A stretch of DNA of 64,000 nt from the human T2T-CHM13v2.0 reference genome, Homo sapiens, in NCBI RefSeq assembly GCF_009914755.1, contig NC_060933.1. One strand, written 5' to 3'. The notes below the pieces were generated by a model that was given only the letters and a program-made list of their open reading frames with translations, made no database searches and was not told where the DNA came from. This document shows positions 47,786 through 64,000 of the stretch, piece by piece; the first letter of the stretch is position 1; every line of letters begins with the position of its first letter. The translations under genes and the position numbers were made by a program.

Positions 47786-48600
47786 TCATGGCACAGACGA
47801 TGCTGAGGCCGGACTGACTGAAGAAGAACAGGCTGAAGATGCTGTACTCACACAGCAGCTGGCCCCCAGGTTACCCGCCCTTCATGTACATGGCGATGGT
47901 CACCTGGCTCACCAGCAAAGTGAACAACAGGTCGGTGGCAGCCAGCCGCATAACTGTATAGAAGGTGGTCTCCTTCTGCTCCTTGCGCGACTTGCACAGC
48001 ACCACGATGGCCACCAGGTTGCCCACCACCCCGAAAATGGACGGTCCCAGGCTGTCCAGCAGATTGGGCTCCAGGCCAAGGACACATTGGCCTGGGAAGG
48101 GGTTAACATGACAGTGGCTGGTGGTACGCAGCCCTGGAGTGCAAAGCTGAGTCTGGAGATGGCAGAAGAGAGACAAAGCCACCATGAGTGAAATGACCAC
48201 CTGCAGGGCATTAGACCCGCGCCCAGGAAACGGGATGCTAACATGACAAGGGAGGAACTCAATCCCACTCTCTGGATTGCAACCACTTACCAACGGCAGC
48301 CACCCAAATCTCCAGGCTCCCTCTGCTCCTGCCAGCAGCACACCCTTGCTGATCTTAATATTTATAAACTGAGCCTCCCATTCCTCTTCCTCCCCCCAGC
48401 CTATCTCACTCCACTGACAAGACCCATCTCCAGGGAAAGGTAGCTCCCTAGTATTATTCCCGACAGATTCTGAGTTAATAAAATGCACATTGAAACCCTG
48501 GAAGACAATTTGGAAAGCGCTCTCTTTCCTCCTTGGCTCCCCTGGCAGCGCCGCATCTCCGCGCCCTTTGCCTGATGGCCCACATCCCATGTCACGTGTA
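47786..48600 (-). pseudogene. PTGER4P: PTGER4 (EP4 receptor) unprocessed fragment: probable intron 1 plus 5' part of exon 2 (TM1-TM3)
   Basis: IFGVVGNLVAIVVLCKSRKEQKETTFYT...TDLL..LLVS.VTIA.YMKG. Acceptor ctctcttctgccatctccag at 48154-48153, ATG 43 nt into the exon (48109); frameshifted and truncated. Confidence 0.93.
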
Positions 48601-48630
48601 ACGGCCCCAGTGGTGGGGCCTAAGACAATG

Positions 48631-52590
<3,960 letters not shown>

Positions 52591-52838
52591 CCCCTGACCC
52601 TGACCCCTAACCACTGACCCTGACCCCTAACCCCTGACACAAACCCTAACCACTATCCCTAACCCCAACCCTCACCCTAACCCAACCCTAACCCCTAATC
52701 CCTAACCCCTAACATCTCTTAAACCCTAACTCTAAACGTTGACTCCTAACCCCTAACTCTGACCCCAATCCCTATCTCCAACCTCTAACCCTAAACTTAA
52801 CCCCTAACCCCTAACCCTAACACCAACCTTAACCCTAG
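52591..52838. repeat. Interstitial degenerate telomeric array (CCCTAA)n with CCCTGA/CCCCAA/CCCTCA variants
   Basis: Seen directly; the G-rich strand is the minus strand. Confidence 0.95.
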
Positions 52839-53670
52839 GTTCGTTACTAAGTTTGTATTGACTATGTCAATGTTGATTATTATGATGGCTGTCTTTGGAC
52901 TGCACGGCAGCGAGGGGATTGCGGATCTTATATTAATATTTTTGTATTGAGGCAGCGCATTAGCATTACAGGTGCTTGTTACATGAGCAATGGGGGTGTC
53001 ATACTTTGGGTGTCATGTCTGCATTAGGAATGCCGCATTTGTCTTCCGAGGCTGCGGTGTGGATCTCGCACTGCGGCCGCCTCGCCTTGGCTGGGGAGAA
53101 CCTCGGTGGGCAGGATTCAGCGGGGCTTTTGGTTTCCCGTTTTCCACACTGAACCCTTCTAACTGGTCTCTGACCCTGATTATTCAGGGCTGCAAACAGG
53201 AAGGATTTTATTCACCGTTGATGCGGCCCCGAGTTGTCCCAAAGCGAGGCAGTGCCCCCAAGGTCTGTGCTGAGGAGAACGCTGCTCTGCCTTCGCGGTG
53301 TCCCCTGGGTGTGTGCTGAGCAGAACGCAGCTCCGCCCTCGCGGTACCCACGGCCCGCCCGCCCGGGTCTGTGCTGAGGCGAACACTGCTCCGCCTTCGC
53401 TGTATCTCCGAAGTCTGTGCAGAGGAGAACTCAGCTCCGCCCTCGCGATGCTCTCCGGGTCTGTGCCGAGGAGAAGGCAGCTCCGCCCTAGCAAAGGCAG
53501 AGCGCCCTTCGCAAAGGCAGAGAGGCGCAGAGCGCCGGGCGCCGGCGCGGAGGGGGCGCCGGCGCGGAGGGGGCGCCGGCGCGGAGGGGGCGCCGGCGCG
53601 GAGGGGGCGCCGGCGCGGAGGGGGCGCCGGCGCGGAGGGGGCGCCGGCGCAGGCGCGGAGAGGCGCAGAG
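52839..53670. repeat. TAR1 telomere-associated repeat
   Basis: Iterated tctgtgctgaggagaacgc.gctccgccctcgc units and gcgcaggcgc.gagaggcgc motifs immediately proximal to the telomeric array. Confidence 0.9.
53539..53650. repeat. 17-bp VNTR (GCGCCGGCGCGGAGGGG)x6.6
   Basis: Six perfect copies plus a 10-bp partial. Confidence 0.97.
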
Positions 53671-53671
53671 C

Positions 53672-54700
53672 AGGGCAGGTGACACCAACAGTGGGTCCCT
53701 CAGGCCTCGAGCGCACGCATTCCAGCAGCCACCCAGACCATGCTCCGCCGACTGGGCGCCCAAGCTGCAGTCGCCCTCTGTGTGCAGGCAGCAGCTGCCT
53801 GGCAACCCCCGAGCTCCCTCGCGCTGTCAGCATCGCAGAACTAGGGCCAGGTGTCCCAGTGGCTGCGGCCAAGCCAGGCATTCTGACCGGCGGCGGCGGC
53901 TGCACAGGAGCGAGAACTGAGAAGCCGCCGCTCAACCCCACACGGGGTGACTGCTGAGGGCCCATACCAACGGCCCCGATCTCCCTCAGGTGGAGGACTG
54001 GGCGGGAGGCACTGCCTGGGGGCCCTCAGGCTGGGCGCGCTGGCGATCCCGAGGCCGACCAGGCCATGCACCTCCAGCCCGCCTGGGCACCCAAGCTGCA
54101 GCCGCCTTCTGTGTGCAGGCAGCAACCTCCAGGCAACTCCCGAGTCCGCCCTCACTTCCCACATCTCGGAACGAGGGCCAGATGTCCGTGTGGCTGCGGC
54201 CAAGCCAGGCGGTCTGCCCTGCAGCAGCTGCACGGGGGCGGGAACCGGCCCTCAGCCCTATCCCCCGTGGCTGCAGAGGGCCCTTGGCTAGAGGTGTCGA
54301 GCTCTGGCATAGGAGGAGCCGGGCGGGGGCAGGGTCTGGCGGGCTCTCAGGCCAGGGGCACTTGCGATCCAGAGGCCGCCCAGGCCATGCTCCACCACCT
54401 GGGCGCCCAGCTACAGGCGCCAGGCAACTCCCAAGCTGGCTGGCGCGCCCAGCCTCGCAGACCCGGGCCTGGATGTCGCCGTGGCTGCGGCCAAGCCAGG
54501 CGGTCTGCTCGGCGGCGGCTGCACCGGGGCAGGAACCGACCCTCAGCCCCATCCCCGGTGGCTGCGGACGGCCCCTGGAGCGGCCCCGACGTCTCTTCGG
54601 AGGAGAAGAGGGGTGGGAGTCACGGCCAGGCAGGCCCTCAGGCGGGAAGGGATGCGCGCCTGCGATTCCGGGACGTACCGCGCCAGCCCAGGAGAACCCG
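53672..54700. repeat. GC-rich tandem repeat, ~3 units of 290-330 bp (block A)
   Basis: gtggctgcggccaagccaggc recurs at 53859, 54190 and 54481. Confidence 0.88.
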
Positions 54701-54712
54701 GAAGCCAGCAGC

Positions 54713-57700
54713 TCTTGTTTCTCTGTGTGTTTCTGTGAGGAACCACCAAATTGTTTTCCACGGCAAGTGCATCATTTTCTATTCCTAGCAGCCAGTTCAT
54801 GAGGGCTCCAATTTCTCCACCTCCTTAGCAACATTGATTTTCTGTGTCGTTGTTATGAAAGCCTTACTAGTGGATGCAAAGTGGTATCTCATTTGGGTTT
54901 TGTCTTGCATTTTATTAATGAATAACAGTGTTTAGCATCTTTTCTTATCCGTCTTACACATTTGTGTATCTTCTTCGGAGAAATGTCTATTCAAGTCCTT
55001 TGCCTATTTTTTAATTGGGATGTTAGAAATTCTGATGTTGAGTTGTGGGATATTAAGCTTTTATCAGATACGCACTTTGATTTTATCAGATACATATTTT
55101 CTCACATACTATGGGTTGTCTTTTAACTCCCTTGATAGTATCCTTTGATGCATAAAGGTTTTTTATTTTGATTAAATCTAATTTACGTGTATTTTCTTTT
55201 GTTATCTGTGCTTTTCTGTCATATTTCAAAATACACTTAAAACTCAAAGGTCATAAAGGTTTACCTTGTGTTTTCTTCTAAGAGTTACATACTTTAGTCC
55301 TTACATGTAAGTCTTTTATTAATTTAGAATTAATTTTCGTGTATACTGCAAGGTAGGGGTCTAACTTCTCTCTTGTGCACTGACATCCAGCTGTTGAAGA
55401 GACTGTTCTTTCCTCCCTTGACTAGACTTGGACAGCTTGTTGAACAGTCATTGACCATATATGTGAGCACTAATTTGTAGGATCTTAAATCTGTTCTATT
55501 GTATTGGTCTAAAAGTCTATTAGTCTTATGCCAGTACCACACTCTCTAGGCTGTGAAACTGAAAACTGTGAGTTTTCTAATATTCTTTTTCAAGACTGTT
55601 TTGTCTGTCAGATCCTTTGAATTTTTGTATGAATTGTAGAATGAGTTTCTTTCTTTCTGCAGAAATGCCTTTGGGATTTTGATGGTATTGCATTGAATCT
55701 GTAGATTACTTTAGATAGTATTGTCATCTTAACAGTATTGTCTTACAACCCGTGAACACAGAATGTCTTTCCAGTTATTTCCACTCTCTTTCGTTTCTTT
55801 CAGCAAAGTTTTGTGTATACCACCATGGTTAGATTTATGCCTGAATAACTTATTCTTTGATGCTATTATAAATGGAATTTTTAAAATGTTTTCATAGTTC
55901 TTTACAACTATATAGAAATATAGCTCATTTGCCTATGTTTGTTTTGCATCCTGCCTCTTTTATTAGTTATAATCGGTTTTGTGTTTTATTTGGAGCTTTA
56001 TACACATAAGATCATGTGTAGATATAATTTTACTTCTGTTTTTTATTTCTAATTTAGATGCCTTTTATTTCTTTGTCTTGCCTAATTGCTCTGGCTAAAA
56101 TTGCCAGTGGTACATTGAACACAAGTGGCAAATGCACCATGCTTGTCTTGTTCTAGATGTTAGGAAAACAGCTTTCAGTGTTTCATCATTGATCATGATA
56201 TTAACTGTTGGGTTTTTGTACATCCTATTGTCACGTTGCAGAAAATCCCTTCTATGCCTAGTTTATTGAGTATTTTTATTATAGAAGGGTGTTGTATTTC
56301 ATCAATGTTTTCTCTGCATCAATTGAAATAATCACGTGCTTATTCATTTTACTGTTAGAGTATATTACAGTGATTGATTTTTTATATGTTGAGCCACCCT
56401 TGCATTTTGGGGATAAATCTCACAGGGTGATAGTTTACAATCCTTTGATTATACAGTATTGCTGCTAGTATTTTGCTGAGATTTTTGCTTATATATTCAT
56501 AAGGGATATTGTGCTGTAGTTCTCTTTTTGTGCTCTCTTTGGCTTTGGTAGAAGGATAATGCTGTTATCAAAAAATGAATTAGCAAGTATTCCTTCTTCA
56601 TATATTATGTCAGAAGAGTTTGAGAAGAAATGGTATTAATTCTTCTTTAAATGTTAGGTTGACTCACCAGTTAATGCAGCTATTTGGTCATAAATGTTTC
56701 TTTGTTAATCACTTTCGATTACTAATTCAATCTCCTAGGTTATAGGTCTATTCAGATTTTCTCTTTCTTCTTGAGCCACTTTGGTAGTTTGTGTCTTTCT
56801 AGTGATTCGTCCATTTCATCCAGGGCAGCTAATTTGTTGTTAGACAGTTGTTCACAGTATACTCCTGTAATCCTTTTGTATTTCTGTAAAGTTGGTAGTA
56901 ATGGCTCTGCTTTCATTTATTATTTTAATAATTAGTCTTCCATCTTTTGCTCAGTCAATATAGTGAAAGGCTTGATCTTTCAAATAATCTATGTTTATTC
57001 ATTCTACTGCTCTCCAAACTTCTATTTTATTGATTTATGCTCTAATTATGCTCTCTATTATTTCTTTCATACTGCTAGCTTTGGATTTAGTCTTATTTTG
57101 TCTTCTTCCACTGCCTTTAGGTATAGAGTGAGGATGTTGATTTCAGATTTTTCTTAAATGTAGTTGTTTATATCCATACATTTTCCTTTGAACTCTACTT
57201 TCACTGCATTCAATAAGTTTTGGTATGTTTTGTTTTTATTTTAATTTATCTCAAGATATTTTATAATTTTGCTTGTGATTTATTTTTTTCACTCACTGGT
57301 AGTTGAAGACTGTATTGTTTAATTTCCACATTTTCGTGAATTTTCCAGTTTTCACTTATTTATCTGTTGTTTCTTCCATTGTGGTTGTAAATTATATTTT
57401 GTATGATTTCAAACTTTTAAAAATGATTAGGACATATTTTGTGGACGAAGATATGGCCCATCCTAGAGAACTTCCATATACACTTGAAAGGAATGTATAT
57501 TCTGCTGTTGTTGGATGGACTGTCCTGTATATGCGTATTAGCTCTCAGTGGCTTATACCGTTGTTTAACTCTTGTATTTCTCATGAAGCTTCTGTCTGGT
57601 TTTTCTATCCATTAATTAAAATGAGGTATTGAAGTGTCCAACTGTGACTATAGAACTGTGGGTTTATCCTTTCAATCCTGTTAATTATTTCAGCTTTACT

Positions 57701-57850
57701 GAGGTGTAATAGAGAAATAAAAATTGTACGTGATGCGTTTATATGCACATTCTGAAATGATTACCAAAACGAAGTCAATGAACATGTTAATTACCTCACA
57801 GAATAGTTACCTTTTTGTGTGCATGTGTGGGATAAGAAAACTTAACTCTA
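54713..57850 (-). mobile_element. Old L1M ORF2/3' fragments
   Basis: Antisense L1 (MWYWHK..DQYN; ggagaaatgtctattcaagtcctttgcc). Confidence 0.85.
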
Positions 57851-57857
57851 TCCCCTG

Positions 57858-58580
57858 TGACTGCAGAGTGGCCATTCCAGCTGCTCCAGGCTCCAGCAGA
57901 GGAAGACTGGGGCAGGTGGCACCACCAGGGAGGCCCTCAGGCCTGGTGCGCACGCATTCCAGAGGCCACCCAGACCATGCTCCGCCGCCTGGGTGCACAA
58001 GCTGCAGTCGCCCTCTGTGTGCAGGCAGCAGCTGCCTGGCAACCCTTGAGCCTGCTTGCGCTCCCAGTCTCGCAGAACCAGGGCCAGGTGTCCCTGTGGC
58101 TGTGGCCAAGCCAGGCATTCTGCCCGGCGGTGGCGGCTGCACAGGGGCGAGAACTGAAAACCCGCCGCTCAACCCCACACGGGGTGACTGCCGAGTGCCC
58201 ATGACAGCGGCCCCGATCTCTCTCAGGTGGAGGAGTGGGTGGGAGGCACGGCCTGGGGGCCCTCAGGCTGGGCGCGCTGGCGATCCCGAGGCCGACCAGG
58301 CCATGCCCCTCCAGCCCGCCTGGGCTCCCAAGCTGCAGCCGCCTTCTGTGTGCAGGCAGCAGCCTCCAGGCAACTCCTGAGCCTGCCCGCACTCCCCACA
58401 TCTCGGAAGCAGGGCCAGATGTCCCTGTGGCTGTGGCCAAGCCAGGCGGTCTGCCCTGCAGCAGCTGCACGGGGGCGGGAAGCGGCCCTCAGCCCCATCC
58501 CCAGTGGCTCTAGAGGCCCCCTGGCTAGAGGTATCCAGCTCTGGCAGAGGAGGAGCCGGGCGGGGGCAGGGTCTGGCTTG
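57858..58580. repeat. GC-rich tandem repeat block B (paralog of 53672-54340)
   Basis: gtggctgtggccaagccaggc at 58096 and 58427; colinear with block A at an offset of ~4237. Confidence 0.88.
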
Positions 58581-58669
58581 ACCATTTGGAATTACAATAC
58601 ACTTCATTCATCAACCACAGAACATACACTGGAGTATCATCTGCGTGCAGATGAGTATACTGCTCAAAG

Positions 58670-60470
<1,801 letters not shown>

Positions 60471-60744
60471 AATTCATTCATTTAATTCATAATTCATTCA
60501 TTCAATTCATAATTCAGTTCCCCCTGAGGAAAAAATATTCACTTGTCATTAAAATCTCTCTGTATCTTACTGATTTCAGATAGAAGTTAAATTTCACCTT
60601 AATAATAGACACAAAAGAACTAGTTAAACTGACAAAAACTAATAAACGTTTGCTCAAATTTACTGAGAGAGTCATGGGTACTTCATATAATAGTGACATT
60701 CTACCAGTTTTAAGTAAAATAAATAAAAGGAAACAATCTTAACT

Positions 60745-61140
60745 CATCGCCTACCGGAAGGGACGTGCCCCCGCTCCCAGGTGAGTGGGACCCTGCTCTC
60801 CGGGCGGGTTGCGCCGCGGTCTCTGGCACCTCTTGTTGGCAGCGTCGCCGTTGCAGGCACAGGGCAGGCATTGGGGGGCGGGCAGCGGGCCAGGCCCAGG
60901 CGACTCCCTTGCCAGGGGCTGGGCAGGTGTGGAGAGGGGCGGAGCGGTGCTGCCCTGGGCGATGGAGCCTCCCGCTCTGGACGGTTCGCCGCCCCTGCCC
61001 CAGGAAGGCGCTGCAGGATCTGGGTGGGGAAGGGGAGGGACGAGGGAACACAGGCCAGGCCAGGTGGCCCCTTAGACCTGGGTGATGCAGGAGGGGCTGT
61101 GGGAGACCAGAGAGGACCCGAAGCAGAAACCGGGAACTGA
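60745..61140. promoter_or_regulatory. Small GC/CpG-rich promoter-like segment
   Basis: GC boxes (ggggcgg), ETS-like ccggaag at ~60755 and ~61130, CpG-rich. Confidence 0.4.
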
Positions 61141-61974
61141 TACCTCTGGCTGAATATTTGTCCTCTTGCTGAAGTTTGAAAGTCAGTTATTTCATTAAAG
61201 TTTAATTTTATTATAAAAATAACAACTATTAAAAATTCCATGTAGTCACTGGAATGATAAATTTTGGTGCAGTTTCAGCATAACACTCTAATTATTCAAA
61301 TTGCGGCCATGTTTCAAAATATATGCCATATATTTTTATGGCATCCACCCCTGTGTCCCTGTGTCCCGCATCCACCTCTGTGTCCCTGCTGGCTCAGGAA
61401 ATGAGCTTCTTCCTCCTTCCGCAGACTCGAATCAGGCCGTCCTCCCTCCTGCGCCTGAGGCTGTCATGGGGACAGCCTGCCATCGAATAGCCGGAGAACG
61501 CCCGGCCTGTGCCCTGTGCTCGGCCTGGTGTCCTGGCTCGTGCCCCTCAGAGCCCCGCACAAAGCAGTGTGACAGGTGTGGAAGGACCCAGCACCAGGCA
61601 GCGGTGAGCGGATGGATGCTCCAGGGATGTGGGGCTGCTGGCAGTCAAGAACCCATTGCCAAATTCCATGGCATAATTTTGGATATTTTTCCCTTATATT
61701 TTTGTGTAAGACTTTCAGACTTACACATTTTGAGTTTTTAAAAAAATATAGTATAAACTACAATTCTGACTTCTATATTTTACATGTTGATAGCAAATCT
61801 TCATACCTTTTTTGTGTTAAAGGGGGCTATTATTCCCTCTCCATAGTTTGGCCTTTGCACCCTTGTTGAAGATCATTTTGACCATATATACAAGGTTTTG
61901 TGGAGAGAGGGGTCTCTATTATTTTCTATGTCTACACGTCTTGATTTAATACATTTCTTTTTAGATTTTCTCCT

Positions 61975-62270
61975 TTTTACTTTTTGAGACAGGTTCTCTG
62001 TCATCCAGGCTGGGGTGCACTGGTGCGACCATGGCTCACTGCAGCCTTGCTCTCCCAGGCTTAAAAAATCCTCTCACTTCAGCCTCTGGAATAGCTGAGA
62101 CTACAGGTTCATGTCACATTGCCAGGTTAATTTTAATTTTAATTGTTTTTTTAGCGATGGGTGTTCTCAGTAGGATGTCCAGTGTGGTTTGAACTCCTGG
62201 GTTCAAGCAATCCTCCTACCTCAGCCTCACAAAGTGCTGAGGTTACACGTGTAAGCCATAGAACCTGGCC
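61975..62270 (-). mobile_element. AluJ
   Basis: Diverged antisense Alu. Confidence 0.85.
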
Positions 62271-63008
62271 TCAAAATACCACATTTGAAAAGAGTTCAAC
62301 AGCACTGCAATTAGTTTTTGATTTAAAAATTGTGAGGGCTCCACAATTGACATTATTTTACAAGTTTAATTGGCTATTTTCAATCTTGAGATTTCATATG
62401 TTTTAGAATTTTGTATTTCTGCAAGTAAATATTGTTATGATTTATATAGCTATTGCATTTAATCTGTTGTTGATTTCATTAGTATAGACTTAAGAATATT
62501 GTTTTCTAATTTATGAATATGGGATATCTTTTCAATTGTCTAATCTACAAATATAGAATATCTTCCCCATTGTTTGTGACTTTTCTTCAGCAACATCTTG
62601 TAACTTCTAGTATACTAGTCTTACATCTCTTTGCTTGTTTATTCCAAAGTATATTCTTCTTAATGCTATTTTCAATGGAATTTTAAAAACTTGGATTGTA
62701 CCGTGTAATGAAGAGAAATACACTTAATTTTGTATTCTGCAATTTTGCTAAATGCAACTATTAGTTCTAACAGGTATTGTTTTCAGCATATAGGATTTTT
62801 TGTATATAACATCATATCATAAGTAACAGGTAATTTTACTTCTTCCTTTAGAATGTGGATCTTTTCTTTTTTTCATTGCCTAGTTGTTTTGCCAGGACTT
62901 TCACTGATATTTTTGAATAGATGTGACAACAGTGAATATCTTGCCTTATTCTTAACCTTAGAGGATAAACTTTCCACACTTCAGAATTCAGTGTAATATT
63001 AGTGATGA

Positions 63009-63365
<357 letters not shown>

Positions 63366-63519
63366 TAGTTTCCTTTTATTTCTACTTTATTGAGTGTTTT
63401 TTTATCTTGAAAAGATGATTAATACTGTCAGTTGACTTTTCTGCATTATTTGAGATGATTGTGTGGTTTACATCTTTTTCTCTGTTAATGTGATATATTA
63501 AACTGATTGATTTAAACTC

Positions 63520-64000
63520 TCATTCCAATATAGCCAAATAGGAAGAGCTCTGGTCTGCAGCTCCCAGTGTGATCAATGCAAGATGGGTGATTTCTGCGTT
63601 TCCAACTGAGCTACCTGATTCATCTCATTGGGACTGATTGGACAGTGAGTTCATCCCATGGAGGGTGAGCTGAAGCAGGGCAGGGCATCAACTCACCCAG
63701 GAAGTGCAAGGGGTTTGGGGATTTTCCTTTCCTAGCCAAGGGAAGGCATGACAGACTGTACCTGGAAAAACAGGACACTCTTGCCCAAATACTGCACTTT
63801 TTGCACAGTCTTAGCAACTGGCAGACCAGGAGATTCTCTCCTGTGCCTGATTCATTGGGTCCCACACCCATAGGGCCTTGCTTACTGCCAGTGCAGCAGT
63901 CTGAGATTAACCTTCATGCTGCAGCTGAGCAGGTGGAGGTGAATCCACAATTTTTGAGGTTTCAGTAGGTAAACAAAGTGGCCAGGAAGCTTGAACAGGG
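63520..64000 (+). mobile_element. L1PA (about PA7/8) 5'UTR, runs off the window
   Basis: gccaaataggaagagctctggtctgcagctcccag...gatttctgc.tttccaactgag. Confidence 0.85.

Larger units (their letters stand above)
53040..54710. promoter_or_regulatory. CpG island (TAR1 plus GC-rich repeat); candidate TERRA-type promoter
   Basis: Very high GC and CpG density against an AT-rich background; promoter activity is inferred. Confidence 0.65.

Noticed and set aside
47871-48590. 239-aa ORF with a PTGER4-like C-terminus
   Set aside because: Reads through intron-derived sequence; only the last ~60 aa are EP4-like and it stops after TM2.
52591-52838. Head-to-head telomere fusion like 2q13
   Set aside because: Only one orientation of repeats; no TTAGGG-to-CCCTAA switch.
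53539-53650. CRISPR-like regular repeats
   Set aside because: Head-to-tail units with no unique spacers, no cas genes, primate DNA.
53180-54802. Long overlapping ORFs (up to 270 aa) on both strands
   Set aside because: Stop-poor GC-rich TAR1/VNTR sequence; repetitive Arg/Gly/Ala/Pro translation with no recognisable domain.

Overview
Human or great-ape genomic DNA (Alu/L1/MIR-rich, no prokaryotic features) with no intact canonical protein-coding gene. The window is a segmental-duplication mosaic. Left to right: an FGF7 (KGF) 3' duplicon whose last two exons splice into an intact 97-aa ORF (-), an ADGRF5/GPR116 GAIN-7TM exon fragment (+), a MYO5B tail retrocopy (-), a CDK2AP2 retrocopy (-), a PTGER4 intron1-exon2 fragment (-), a doubly truncated L1 fused to a degenerate (CCCTAA)n array, a TAR1 subtelomeric CpG island with an unusual 17-bp VNTR, and two copies of a GC-rich ~330-bp-unit repeat. 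From recall, this gene combination matches the chromosome 9 pericentromeric duplications (PTGER4P-CDK2AP2P type locus); the paralog number cannot be assigned here. Most interesting: (1) an internalised telomere/TAR1 (TERRA-type) promoter pointing into four co-oriented pseudogene cassettes with usable splice sites; (2) an L1-telomere junction oriented as expected for telomere-primed, endonuclease-independent L1 insertion; (3) a 310-aa ATG-initiated MYO5B globular-tail ORF; (4) a ~930-bp local inverted duplication inserted into an AT microsatellite. Repeat family names and parent-protein comparisons are from recall, not from searches.
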